Shown: positions 28,095 to 38,409 of the stretch, one piece after another
Layout of the letters: each line of letters opens with the position of its first letter
How positions within the stretch are numbered: position 1 is the stretch's first letter
Assembly (NCBI GenBank): GCA_963815095.1
Contig: CAWFFH010000003.1
Location: 544,001-608,000, forward strand
Reading direction: 5' to 3'
From: Candidatus Bathyarchaeota archaeon
GTDB lineage: Archaea; Thermoproteota; Bathyarchaeia; Bathyarchaeales; Bathycorpusculaceae
Length of the DNA: 64,000 nt
Notes under the pieces: model-generated
Seen by the model: only the letters and a program-made list of their open reading frames with translations
Databases searched by the model: none
What the model was told of the DNA's origin: nothing
Translations under genes and position numbers: made by a program

Positions 28095-29222
28095 TTGGCA
28101 ACATACCTTGTAGTTCATCCATACCTTGACATTTACGGCGGCGGCGAACGCGTCTGCCACAATGTAATCAAAACTTTAGTCGCCCATGGGCAAAAAGTTG
28201 AATTGTTGACTTTTGATTTTGAAGCAAACAAGTACCACGATATTGTCGGAGAAGAGTTTCCCAAGCAAGTTGTTGTCCACTCACTTGGCAAACGAATTGA
28301 GGTTGAGCCGCCCTTTACTATCTACAAGCGGCACCACAACTTTGTTAAGCTACTAAAAAAATACAAAAACCAATTAGAATACGATTATTTGTTTTCCACA
28401 CAATCTTCCTCGCCCTTTGAACCAGTTTTCTTAAACAAAGCCAAAAAAAACATAGCTTACGTCCACTTCCCAGAAATCCACTATGACTACGCCCGCTCTG
28501 GGCTGAAGAGACGGCTTTATCTGGGGCTGTTTAAGCGATGGGTTGAGCAGGGGATAGATAAGCTGGACTTGGTTTTCTGTAATAGCAATTATACTAAAGA
28601 AAAAATTATGCAGTATTGGACAAGTCATGGAGTAAAAGAGCCAATCGTTATTTATCCCCCAGTTAACCTAGAGAAGTTTTGGTCCGACAAGCCCTTAGAA
28701 AAACGTCGCAAAAAAGTAACTTACGTTGCCCGTTTTATTCCCGTTAAGAGACATGAAATAATGAAAAAATTAGCCATTGACCTGCCTGACTATGAGTTTG
28801 TAAGTGTCGGCGGATTAATCGATTCAGAAAAAGCATGGTTTGACAAATTCAAAGAAAACCTACCGCCGAATTATTCTGTTAAAACTAACTTGCCTGGACC
28901 AGAGATGCTTGAAGTTTTGCATGATTCCCAAATCTATGTTCATTTAATGGAAGGAGAACATTTCGGTATAGCACCTGTTGAAGGCTTAGCAAGCGGATGC
29001 GTTACACTGGTTCATAACAGTGGAGGGATGAAAGAGTTTATCTCCGACGAGTTCAGATGGGAAACCTACGATGACTTGAAAGAAAAGATTGTTCAATATA
29101 TGGAAGATGGAAACACGAAATCAAACTGGGAGGTTAAACGCCAACAATTATGGAACAAGATTTGCATACTTAATCCTGAATCGTTTCAAAATAATATTTG
29201 GACTAAATTGCAGGAACTTTAG
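28095..29222 (+). CDS. GT4 glycosyltransferase (ALG11-like)
   Basis: GGGERV, YVHFP, NSNYT, YPPV, EHFGIAPVE. Confidence 0.88.
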   Translation: MATYLVVHPYLDIYGGGERVCHNVIKTLVAHGQKVELLTFDFEANKYHDIVGEEFPKQVVVHSLGKRIEVEPPFTIYKRHHNFVKLLKKYKNQLEYDYLFSTQSSSPFEPVFLNKAKKNIAYVHFPEIHYDYARSGLKRRLYLGLFKRWVEQGIDKLDLVFCNSNYTKEKIMQYWTSHGVKEPIVIYPPVNLEKFWSDKPLEKRRKKVTYVARFIPVKRHEIMKKLAIDLPDYEFVSVGGLIDSEKAWFDKFKENLPPNYSVKTNLPGPEMLEVLHDSQIYVHLMEGEHFGIAPVEGLASGCVTLVHNSGGMKEFISDEFRWETYDDLKEKIVQYMEDGNTKSNWEVKRQQLWNKICILNPESFQNNIWTKLQEL

Positions 29223-29389
29223 GCAAACTTGATAAAAATATTGCAGAAGCATAAAGGGAAAATCTTCATCAGCGAGTACTTTTAGGTCTTGCGTTTTAAA
29301 GGGTTTTTACCATAGCTTTAAATCAACCTAAGGCTTATTAAAAATTTATTTAGTTGTATAAAAGATAGAGCGATAATAACTCGTGCAAA

Positions 29390-30949
29390 ATGGAATCGCT
29401 TACAACTAATATCAATGATACTGTGATGATGAAGATATTGGACAATTACAAGAAAATTCATGCTCTTCTTGAAATTAAACTAAATTCTCTGAAAACATCG
29501 CTAAACTCTGAAAATAAAAAAGGTTTTTTCAACAATCATTGGCGATTTAGTAAGAAGGCAAAAGGACTAATAGCTTTTGCAATTATAATTGTCATTCTAG
29601 TTTCCATTTTTGCTTTCTTGCCAAAAGCAAACAATCAACTCGATACGGAACAGCAAAACACTAATGATGTCTCCGATTCTCCGACCGACACTCCCACAGA
29701 TTCACCACAGGATACCCCTCAAGTGACTAGTAGTCCAACCAATAAACCAGATCTGGCTTCACAAATTTCAATCTCAATAGGTAAATGGGCTAATGAAATA
29801 GCCCAAGAAATATCCCCCAATACTTTGGGTATATTGGAGTCTGCTAAAACCTTGAATAGTTCTGTCTGGAAGGCGGTAGCATCGAATGCTTGGCATTACT
29901 TTGATCTGGGTATTGGAGTAATTGAAAAAACAGGGCTTCCTGGTTCAGGAGATGATTTTTCAGCATTCACTGACTGGGATTTGGGCGTTTATATTCAAGC
30001 TATTATGGATGCAAATTCCACAGGGTTGATTGGTAATGATGGTGCTTGGGGTTCTAGTGCGCGATTAGAAAAAGTTGTTTGGTTCCTAGAACATAGAGAG
30101 CTTAACTCAACTACTAATTACCCGTATTGGTTCTATCAAGCAAAAGACGGATCAGACTATCATGCGAATTCTGATATTGCTGGAGGTGCAGTTAATGTTG
30201 TCGATACGGGAAGGTTGTTTGTTGCGCTTGATAACCTTAGAGCATTCAATAATAGTTTAGCTCAACGAATAAACGATATAGTTCTTCATGGGAGATCCAA
30301 CTATGCAATTTTAGTTCCTGATATCAAAGCGGACAGTCTCACATCCACCAGCATTTATGCTTATTATATTGCCAGCGGGTTTGCAAGTTTTTGGCCCAAT
30401 GAACTTTCAAATGCACCAAACACGATACTCAATAATATCTTTGCTTCAGGCAATGTTACAACCAAAGAAGGTGTCTCTTTACCCAAAGCGGAATTAACGG
30501 GCGATCCATTGTTTTGCTCGTTTTTTGAACTTAGAAATAATGATCCCAGAATACTAACTTTAGTAAATGCTTTTTATCTGGCACATGAAGCATACTACAA
30601 CTCTACAGGCAAATACCGCGCTTTTAGCGAAGGACAATCTTCTTCAAGTGATTGGGTATGGGAGTGGGTAATTATGTCTGATGGGAAAACATGGGTTACC
30701 CAAAGTAATTCTCAAAATACCTCTGTATCTCCAACGATTTTCACTAAAATAGCCTTTAGCTTCTTGGCAACGTACAATACAACCTATGCAATGAACATGT
30801 CTGTCTACCTTGAGAAAAATCTCCCAGAATCTAATGGTGGCTTTTATGAAGGAGTGGATGAATCGGGAAATCTCATTAACGCGGTTGGATGCAATAGCAA
30901 TGGTTTAATCTTAGAGGCAGCACTTTACGGCATACGACATTACCCATAA
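29390..30949 (+). CDS. Membrane-anchored DUF3131-like (alpha/alpha barrel glycoside-active) protein
   Basis: TM plus Ser/Thr/Pro linker; AWHYF, TDWDLG, DTGRL, GFYEG, NSNGLILEA. Confidence 0.7.
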   Translation: MESLTTNINDTVMMKILDNYKKIHALLEIKLNSLKTSLNSENKKGFFNNHWRFSKKAKGLIAFAIIIVILVSIFAFLPKANNQLDTEQQNTNDVSDSPTDTPTDSPQDTPQVTSSPTNKPDLASQISISIGKWANEIAQEISPNTLGILESAKTLNSSVWKAVASNAWHYFDLGIGVIEKTGLPGSGDDFSAFTDWDLGVYIQAIMDANSTGLIGNDGAWGSSARLEKVVWFLEHRELNSTTNYPYWFYQAKDGSDYHANSDIAGGAVNVVDTGRLFVALDNLRAFNNSLAQRINDIVLHGRSNYAILVPDIKADSLTSTSIYAYYIASGFASFWPNELSNAPNTILNNIFASGNVTTKEGVSLPKAELTGDPLFCSFFELRNNDPRILTLVNAFYLAHEAYYNSTGKYRAFSEGQSSSSDWVWEWVIMSDGKTWVTQSNSQNTSVSPTIFTKIAFSFLATYNTTYAMNMSVYLEKNLPESNGGFYEGVDESGNLINAVGCNSNGLILEAALYGIRHYP

Positions 30950-31523
30950 ACATTCGGTGTATGTTTTGTTATACCCTCTAAAGTACTCAATAGTGCTTAT
31001 GTAGAAACCAAATAAAATAATGCACGGTGGAAGAGGGATCCAGCATATTGCCTGACATTATTCGTTAAAACATTCTCAGCAAAATCCTTCAATGAAATAT
31101 ATTCATCACTGATGGCAGAATTACTGCATGCCTCCAATTGAGAACTATACCTCTCATCCAAATTGGCATTAGCTGTGTTTGCGTATGTTCCAAAATCGAG
31201 GGAACAAAAGTACTCATAGTAAGATTATTGCAAAGGTTTTTCGGCTTTTGATTCCAAACATTCTCAGAGTTGCCCGCTTGATAGAAATGTTTAAATTACT
31301 ATATATAGCTCGGAAAAATCTTAATAAAAGCTTTTTCGTCAAGAAATCTTGACTAAGACAAAAAAGGGAGGGTCAAGAGTTTTTGGGAAGAAATAAGTTA
31401 AAGTGCGATGAACTGAACTTAGGAAAGATTCAGGTACAAGCCTATTGGGACGATTGCTCCAAAAATGACGAGTGTAAGGTTGTTTTCGCCATTCTATCAA
31501 ATGCTTCAAGCTAATTTAGCATT

Positions 31524-32642
31524 TTAAGACTCCAGTAACTTCCTGTAGAGGTTTATATGATTCTCAACGCATTTGTTTGTCTCGTGATATCGCAAGGCAT
31601 ATTCGTGTGCCGCTACACCCAAAGAACGCCAGGCATCATCTTTGATTAAGTACTCCAAACCAGCTTGCAGCTCAGAAACTTCCTGAGTAGGCGTGTAGAC
31701 ACCAAATTTTTCAGTGTAACCGTCAGGGTTTCTAGTGCTCAGTAGCGCACAACCGTAAGCTATGCCTTCTAAGAAACTAACTGGCATCGCCTCGCAGAAG
31801 CTGGTGTTAATTAGGATCCAGCTTTGTTTTAGTAGGTTGATTTTTTCTTCTTCGCTTACTTTTCCTAGAATGTGAACGTTTGGCAGGGTGCTATATTTTT
31901 TTAGTAGTTGCTTACCGTAATTGAGGAAATTAGCTTTTCCAGGTACAAAAAAACTTACAGTTGGATTTTTTCTGGCGAGTTCAAACATGAGTTCAGGATG
32001 TTTTATGGGGTCAAGGCGTGCAAGCCAAAGCACTGAAGGAGAAGGGGTTTTACACTTGGCATCTATTGAGGCTGGAACGTCGATGAAGTTTGGCAGCCAA
32101 AAGGGCTCTTGTTTTAGACGGTACAGGCGGATGGCTTTTTGAGTTAACAGACGGGCTTGGGTGGCGACATAATCGGAGTGTCGAGCAGACCAGCCATATA
32201 GTTCTTGGAAGATTTTATAGCTGATTTCACCTCCAAATCCTCTCGGCTTAACAGACGCCAGTCTTATATTGTTTTTCCAGTCTTCTCTATCCCAGATATC
32301 CTGATACGTCAAAACCTTTTTTGCTTGGGGATTTTGACTGAATACGAAGTAGGTGTCCATCTCATTGCATTCGCTGTGAACAATATCTGTGGTCTTGTCA
32401 AGTAACAATTTCTTTCCAAGTTTATGTCTAAGACGAGGGGTAACTTTGACGTTGACACCATTAATAACTTCAACTTCCCCGATCTTTGGCTGGTTGGGTA
32501 TGTTAAAATTCTGCACCCAGCAGTCAACAATGAAGCCACGTTTCACTAGTTCTGAACCCAGCTTTCTTGTGAAAAATCCGAAGCCGCCGTAACGTCCCCA
32601 TGCAAAGAATTCGTCGCTTACAAGCGTGACTTTTATGTCCAT
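31524..32642 (-). CDS. GT4 glycosyltransferase
   Basis: YGGFG, ARLDPIK, EAMPVSFLE. Confidence 0.85.
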   Translation of the reverse strand: MDIKVTLVSDEFFAWGRYGGFGFFTRKLGSELVKRGFIVDCWVQNFNIPNQPKIGEVEVINGVNVKVTPRLRHKLGKKLLLDKTTDIVHSECNEMDTYFVFSQNPQAKKVLTYQDIWDREDWKNNIRLASVKPRGFGGEISYKIFQELYGWSARHSDYVATQARLLTQKAIRLYRLKQEPFWLPNFIDVPASIDAKCKTPSPSVLWLARLDPIKHPELMFELARKNPTVSFFVPGKANFLNYGKQLLKKYSTLPNVHILGKVSEEEKINLLKQSWILINTSFCEAMPVSFLEGIAYGCALLSTRNPDGYTEKFGVYTPTQEVSELQAGLEYLIKDDAWRSLGVAAHEYALRYHETNKCVENHINLYRKLLES

Positions 32643-32741
32643 TAAGAAGTCGCCTCTTTGAGTAATTTAAACGCTAAAGCAGACAAATATTTTGAATATT
32701 TGCAAACCAATTGATTGTTATTCTTTGCGTTGTAGCTTTTT

Positions 32742-32924
32742 CTAATGTCCAATTTGACCGTTATTCACCTTTTTTGCTTTGCTACGGCTATTTCGTATAA
32801 ACATATTATACAAGGTTATTAAGACTAACCCAGCTAAAGCAGTGAACACAAGGATGAAGTTGGCAAGCCCAAATGTGTAGGTCACCAACAAGCTTGCGCT
32901 AAAGGCAGAGCTTTTATTTGGCAT
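32742..32924 (-). CDS. Possible small membrane protein
   Basis: 60-aa hydrophobic ORF only. Confidence 0.3.
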   Translation of the reverse strand: MPNKSSAFSASLLVTYTFGLANFILVFTALAGLVLITLYNMFIRNSRSKAKKVNNGQIGH

Positions 32925-33103
32925 TTATCCACTTATTCAATTTTATTCAAAAACTTTCGCAGGTAATATCGGCAAAACCATAAATGCAACAAAATAGGTT
33001 GCATTCGATAACGTCGTACAGGTCAGGAAAAATTGATCTTTGAGAGTTAAGGATTAAATCTTTCAAATACCTAATACTGCAATAAAGTGATGGAGATTCC
33101 TTA

Positions 33104-34606
33104 GTGGCAGAGCAACAAACAACGATTAAACTCAGAATTGACGTGGACTATCCTTTTCCTTCATCGAGGACAATAAGCTTTCTTTACGTAGCGCTAGGAA
33201 TCAAAGCAAAGAAAAGTAGAGAATATCTGAAAAATGCGCGAATCATCGCTGGGATGATTAATGAATCCCATAAACCAGTCATGGCTTACTGGTTCTTCAC
33301 TCCATACACAATCCCCGATAAAAAACTGCTCAGCATACTGAATCCAGAACGACATGAAGTAGCACTGCACGTTGCAAAGAACCCCTATAAAGAATGGAAG
33401 ATTTTGGAAACTAAAACTGGTCGAACAGCAATGTTCTACACTATTCATGGCACATCACGATTATTCGGTCAGCTATTGTGGAAACGGAAAATAGGCCAAA
33501 AACAAGCAGAGGTTCCAAGCGATTTTCCCCTAAAATCTTTCCATGAATTCACCACAACAAGTCTAGATACTAGATGCTACGAAGTTGGGTTAGACCAAGT
33601 TTTGGTTGAAACTCGAAACTGGATTAATCAGGGCACCGTAATATCGATTCATCCAGAATGGCTCTTTAAGAAGGGCAAAAATCGTCGAGGACCCTACTAC
33701 GATGCGCTAAAAGCCACATTGGATGTTGACCAATCACTTGAGACTCTTCGAGTAAAAAAGAAGTCTTTTGTGCGGATAGCTCAAGATAATCAAGAATACG
33801 AAAAAAACGCGTTAGCAACTGAGTCTTTCATTGAGAAATTAGCAGAAAGAGATATAGACATCTATACTTTTCTCGAACGTACATGGTGCTGTCCGATTCC
33901 AAATGCATCGAACACTTGGGTTAGAGCAGAAGATAATGTTGGTTTGCTGGAGATAAAAAGCTTCGATGAGTGGTGGAGAACCGTTGGAAAGAAAACTCGA
34001 AATATGGTTCGTCGGGCTGAGAAGAGCGGTGTAAAAGTAAGTGTCGTCGAATTAAATGAGAAATTGGTAGAAGGCATTTGGAAAATCTATAATGAAACAC
34101 CAATCAGGCAGCATAGAGCTTTTTCGCATTTTGGAGAATCACTCAAATCTGTCGCAGATAACATGGCTTTATCGAAAAAATCAACCTTCATCAGTGCTTA
34201 TCTGGAGGACGAACTTGTCGGATTTATCCAAATAGTTTATGGTGAAGATATAGCGATAATTTCGCAGATACTCTCACTGCAGAAGCATTGGGATAAATCC
34301 TTAAACAATGTACTCCTAGCCAAAGCTATTGAAGTCTGTGCAGCAAACGGCAACAGATGGCTCATGTACGGACGCATAGGAAATCATCCCTCACTTGACA
34401 AATTCAAGGAAAGCAATGGCTTCACGAAATATCCGATAGCACGGTACTATGTGCCCATAACTTGGAAAGGTAGATTTGCTATGCGTTTAGGTTTGCATCG
34501 AGAATTCAAAGATGCCTTGCCAAAGCCGCTTAAAGGACCACTTATTCCTGTCTTTAACTGGGTAAGTAGAAACAAGGCGTTAATTAGGGTCCGCAGAAGA
34601 CACTGA
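33104..34606 (+). CDS. Polysaccharide-deacetylase-like plus GNAT/FemAB-like fusion protein
   Basis: LRIDVD, HEVALH, IHPEW in the N half; KKTRNMVRRAEKSGV and SLDKFKESNGF in the C half. Confidence 0.7.
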   Translation: MAEQQTTIKLRIDVDYPFPSSRTISFLYVALGIKAKKSREYLKNARIIAGMINESHKPVMAYWFFTPYTIPDKKLLSILNPERHEVALHVAKNPYKEWKILETKTGRTAMFYTIHGTSRLFGQLLWKRKIGQKQAEVPSDFPLKSFHEFTTTSLDTRCYEVGLDQVLVETRNWINQGTVISIHPEWLFKKGKNRRGPYYDALKATLDVDQSLETLRVKKKSFVRIAQDNQEYEKNALATESFIEKLAERDIDIYTFLERTWCCPIPNASNTWVRAEDNVGLLEIKSFDEWWRTVGKKTRNMVRRAEKSGVKVSVVELNEKLVEGIWKIYNETPIRQHRAFSHFGESLKSVADNMALSKKSTFISAYLEDELVGFIQIVYGEDIAIISQILSLQKHWDKSLNNVLLAKAIEVCAANGNRWLMYGRIGNHPSLDKFKESNGFTKYPIARYYVPITWKGRFAMRLGLHREFKDALPKPLKGPLIPVFNWVSRNKALIRVRRRH

Positions 34607-34691
34607 ACAAATATAGCAAAGGGGTTAAATCAATAGGAGCAGATTATACTAAAATAAAATAAACTGTAAGAAGTTATCCGAGGAAGTTACG

Positions 34692-35663
34692 TTGGCTTAT
34701 CCGCGCACAACCATCGTCATTGCTAATTGGAATGGTAGAGAAAAGTTGCGTAAGTGCCTGACGTCTCTTGTCTCCAACACAAAAAACTGCCAGTGCAATG
34801 TTATTGTTGTGGATAATGCAAGCACAGACGGGTCAACGGCGATGCTGCAGCAGAATTTCCCTCAGGTTCATCTAATCGTCAACGCTTTAAACATGGGGTT
34901 TTCTGTGGCAAACAATCAAGGCATACATATTGCCCTTTCAAACGGCGCAAAACAGATTTTGCTCTTAAATAACGACATCGAAATCACCGACAGTAAATGG
35001 CTCAAAACTTTCAATGCCGTTTTAGAGTCTGAGCCCAAGGTCGGCATTGTTGGCTGCAAGCTACTCTTTCCAGACGGTAAAATTCAGCATGCAGGCGGCA
35101 TAATTATGTTACGAGGTGCTTACCATCGTGGAGAACGCGAAGAAGATCTGGGTCAGTATGACAAGGTTGAATTTGTTGATTATGTAACTGGCGCAGCTTT
35201 GCTCATTAAAGCAGAAGTTATAACTAAAATTGGGTTTTTAGATGAAGGGTTCACTCCGCTGTATTATGAAGACACTGACTGGTGTGTTCGAGCAAGACTT
35301 TACGGATACAAAATCGCTTATACTCCTCACCCAACGCTCTTCCACCATTGTGGCGCTTCAACAAAAAAACTCGGCGTCACCAAAAACAATTTTTATTATC
35401 GAAGAAGCTCAATTCGATTCTTCCTACTGAATTTCCAAATGAAACACATTCTAAAACGTATAATCAACTTTGAAATTAAAGCAGCTGTTGCCTGCTTTAT
35501 TGGCCGTAACCGACATGGCATGCTGCCCATTGTTCTCAGATCCGATGCATCACAAAGGTTTTCGCTTCTAATCAACGCTTGGGCTCCCAGCCTTCGAGAT
35601 CTCAAGGGCATAATGGCTAAACGGCAACGGAGATTTCTGTTGAAAGCAAAACTGCAAGTTTAA
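34692..35663 (+). CDS. GT2 glycosyltransferase
   Basis: VVDNASTDG, GFSVANNQG, LLNND, YYEDTD. Confidence 0.9.
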   Translation: MAYPRTTIVIANWNGREKLRKCLTSLVSNTKNCQCNVIVVDNASTDGSTAMLQQNFPQVHLIVNALNMGFSVANNQGIHIALSNGAKQILLLNNDIEITDSKWLKTFNAVLESEPKVGIVGCKLLFPDGKIQHAGGIIMLRGAYHRGEREEDLGQYDKVEFVDYVTGAALLIKAEVITKIGFLDEGFTPLYYEDTDWCVRARLYGYKIAYTPHPTLFHHCGASTKKLGVTKNNFYYRRSSIRFFLLNFQMKHILKRIINFEIKAAVACFIGRNRHGMLPIVLRSDASQRFSLLINAWAPSLRDLKGIMAKRQRRFLLKAKLQV

Positions 35664-35677
35664 GAAACTGATCTTAA

Positions 35678-36832
35678 CTATAAGAATCGTTCGTAGAGCT
35701 TTGCAAGTTGCTTGGCGACTTTGTTTGCTTCAAAAGTCTCCAGAACCCAAGCACGTCCATTCCTGCCTAACTGTTCTCTTTCTTTTTTGTTTTCATATAG
35801 CTCTTCAAGTGCTGACTGTAGATCCAAAATGCTTTTTTGTTCAACTAGAATGCCAGTGACACCATTCTTAACAATTTCTGGAATTGAACCTGTGAAGGTT
35901 GAGACTACGGGTTTTTCGCATGCCATAGCTTCAACAAGTGCGTATCCAAATTGTTCAGACCAGAAATCAGTTTCGACGCTCGGTAAACAGAAGATATCGG
36001 CTAAATTATGAATTTCAGCCATATCTGAGTAGCCGATACTACCTATGAACTTTACTTTATTTTGGATTTTCAAGTTTTCAGCAAATCCCTTGATTTGCCC
36101 CTGCATCTTTGGGGTGCCTGAGCCAACAACTAAGAGTTCGACGTCTTGCTGGTTTTTTATCATCAATGAAAAAGCTTTCAGCAGATCAAATATACCCTTC
36201 TCAGGAGTGAGACGTCCGACGAAGAGGATTTTTGTTGCTTCGTCCGAGACGCCAAATTTGTTGGTGGCAGTTTTCAATGTTGGTTTGAACCTGTTGCAGT
36301 CTAAGCCCGCGGGAATTACAGAAATTTTTTCTTCTTTGACGCCTTCTTTTATAAGAGCTTCTTCGGCTTTTTCTGTTATTGCAATGAAGTGGGTTACGTG
36401 TCGGCGGTTGTATTCCTGGATTTTTATGTAGGGGATGCCCTGCACATTAAAAGGTATGTTTTCCCATTGCGTTGCAACGGTGGGTTTGCCCGTTTTTACA
36501 GCTTGATAAGTGAATGGATACCAGCTGTCGGCGGAGTGGATGATGTCGAGGTCTCTGGTTAGTTTGTTTAAGCCGACCACGTGGAGGTTCCATGAGTTGA
36601 AGTTGTATTTTGTGGCTTTACCCACTAAAGAGAAGAACGGCTTAAGGTAGCCTTTGGTTAAGCTTTGCAGGTTATGTCCTGACCTTACGGGAAAAGTGAT
36701 TTCCGGTAGATGTTTCTCTTTGTCGCGCGTGGTAATGCCTATTGGCTGAAAGCCATATTTGGTGAGTTTCTCGAAGTATTGTCCTTCGTATGGGTTTAGG
36801 TTTGGACCCCTTAAGACACCGACTTTATGCAA
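35678..36832 (-). CDS. GT4 glycosyltransferase
   Basis: FVGRLTPEKG, EQFGYALVEAMA. Confidence 0.9.
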   Translation of the reverse strand: MHKVGVLRGPNLNPYEGQYFEKLTKYGFQPIGITTRDKEKHLPEITFPVRSGHNLQSLTKGYLKPFFSLVGKATKYNFNSWNLHVVGLNKLTRDLDIIHSADSWYPFTYQAVKTGKPTVATQWENIPFNVQGIPYIKIQEYNRRHVTHFIAITEKAEEALIKEGVKEEKISVIPAGLDCNRFKPTLKTATNKFGVSDEATKILFVGRLTPEKGIFDLLKAFSLMIKNQQDVELLVVGSGTPKMQGQIKGFAENLKIQNKVKFIGSIGYSDMAEIHNLADIFCLPSVETDFWSEQFGYALVEAMACEKPVVSTFTGSIPEIVKNGVTGILVEQKSILDLQSALEELYENKKEREQLGRNGRAWVLETFEANKVAKQLAKLYERFL

Positions 36833-36907
36833 GTTGAACTCATACCTGTCTATTTATGATTAACTCTTAAGTGTGAGCTAAAATAGCTTTGCATGATGGA
36901 TGATAAT

Positions 36908-37177
36908 CTATAGGAGAAGTTCTCCGAGAAGCTTGTTTAGTTCTTCTCGGTTTTTGATGCTTCGGAAAATCGCTTTTCCGCTCGAGTACAATCGGAAGGA
37001 TTTGTCTTGGAACGTTAATTCAAAAATTATTCCGGCAATCTTGTTTTTGAGTGTGGCTTTTTTTAGAATGTTGGCAATGGCTTCATCTTTCTTTTCGTAT
37101 TTGAAGACCACTATAACGTCTTTTTCTGCTCCGCAGGTTCCTTCGATTCGAGAAACGTAGTCATCTATAGTTGTCAT
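36908..37177 (-). CDS. Hypothetical protein, last gene of the Fe-S operon
   Basis: TAATG overlap with sufS; single Cys (GTCG); FRLYSSGKAIF hairpin. Confidence 0.65.
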   Translation of the reverse strand: MTTIDDYVSRIEGTCGAEKDVIVVFKYEKKDEAIANILKKATLKNKIAGIIFELTFQDKSFRLYSSGKAIFRSIKNREELNKLLGELLL

Positions 37178-38409
37178 TAGAGTTGCTCAAACTCCTTGAG
37201 GATTTCTATGAAGCGGTCAATTTCCTCTTTTGTGTTATAGATGTAGAAGCTTGCCCGCGCAGAAGACTCGATCTTGAAGATCTGGTGCAAGGGTTGTGCA
37301 CAGTGGTAGCCACTGCGCATCATGATTCCGTAATTGTCACAGAACAGGGCAACGTCATGTGAGGATAAGCCTTTAACGCCAAATGGTATTATGCCGCATT
37401 TCTTTGAGGAGTCACTTGGTCCGTAAACAGTTACTTTCTTGCATTCTGCTATGCGTTTCATCGCGTATTTGGTTAGGTCTTTTTCGTGGCTCAAAACGTT
37501 GTCCATACCTAATTCTTCAAGATACTTCACAGCTGCACCTAATCCTACTACGCCAGCGATGTTAGGAGTGCCAGCTTCAAATTTCCATGGCAACTCATTC
37601 CAAGTTACGTTACAGTGGCCTTTGCCTTTACTGTAAGAGACGTCTTTAATCATTTCGCCTCCACCCTCGTAAGGTGACATGGCTTCCAGTATCTCTTTTT
37701 TTCCGTATAGAACGCCTATACCTGTGGGTCCGAGCATTTTATGTCCTGAGAAAGCCAAGAAGTCTGCGCCTATCTTCTGAACATCCACTTCCATGTGTGG
37801 CACGGATTGGGCAGCGTCGACTAGCATTAACGAGCCGTTGTCATGGACAGTTTTAGTTATGTGTTTAACGTCGTTTGTGACGCCTGTGACGTTTGAGACA
37901 TGGCTTAAGCATGCGATTTTTGTTTTTTTAGTTAATTTGTTTTCGAAGTCTTCATAGTCAAGGGTGCCGTCGTCATGTATGTTGGCGTATTTAATGGTGA
38001 ATCCTTTAAGTTTAGAGATGATTTCCCAGGGCACGATGTTGCTGTGGTGCTCCATTAAAGAAACCAGCACTTCGTCTTCTCTGCAGAGGTTGTTTAAGCC
38101 CCAAGCATACGCAACCAAGTTGATAGCTTCTGTTGTGCCTCGTGTAAAGATTATTTGGCTTGGAGACTCTGCGGTTATGAATTTAGCGATTTTTTCCCTA
38201 GATTTCTCGTAGAGGTCAGTTGCTTCAAGTGAGAGTGTGTGGACTGCTCGGTGTACGTTGCCGTTGTGGTGATGGTAGAAGTCTACTTCTGCGTCTATAA
38301 CTTGGTTGGGCTTCTGGGTTGTGGCTGCGTTGTCAAAGTAGATTAGGGGGCTGCCGTTTACTTTTCGATTTAAAATGGGAAAGTCTTGCCTGATTGCTTG
38401 CGCATCTAT
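37177..38409 (-). CDS. sufS: SufS-type (group II) cysteine desulfurase; no canonical start codon
   Basis: Frame is open upstream of the track ORF: IDAQAIRQDFPIL...YFDNAATTQKP; MEHHSN, DAAQ, SGHKMLGPTG, RSGYHCA. Confidence 0.88.
   Translation of the reverse strand: MDAQAIRQDFPILNRKVNGSPLIYFDNAATTQKPNQVIDAEVDFYHHHNGNVHRAVHTLSLEATDLYEKSREKIAKFITAESPSQIIFTRGTTEAINLVAYAWGLNNLCREDEVLVSLMEHHSNIVPWEIISKLKGFTIKYANIHDDGTLDYEDFENKLTKKTKIACLSHVSNVTGVTNDVKHITKTVHDNGSLMLVDAAQSVPHMEVDVQKIGADFLAFSGHKMLGPTGIGVLYGKKEILEAMSPYEGGGEMIKDVSYSKGKGHCNVTWNELPWKFEAGTPNIAGVVGLGAAVKYLEELGMDNVLSHEKDLTKYAMKRIAECKKVTVYGPSDSSKKCGIIPFGVKGLSSHDVALFCDNYGIMMRSGYHCAQPLHQIFKIESSARASFYIYNTKEEIDRFIEILKEFEQL

Noticed and set aside
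30950-31520. ncRNA or gene in the long intergenic gap
   Set aside because: No convincing ORF, C/D box pair or stable repeat found by eye.
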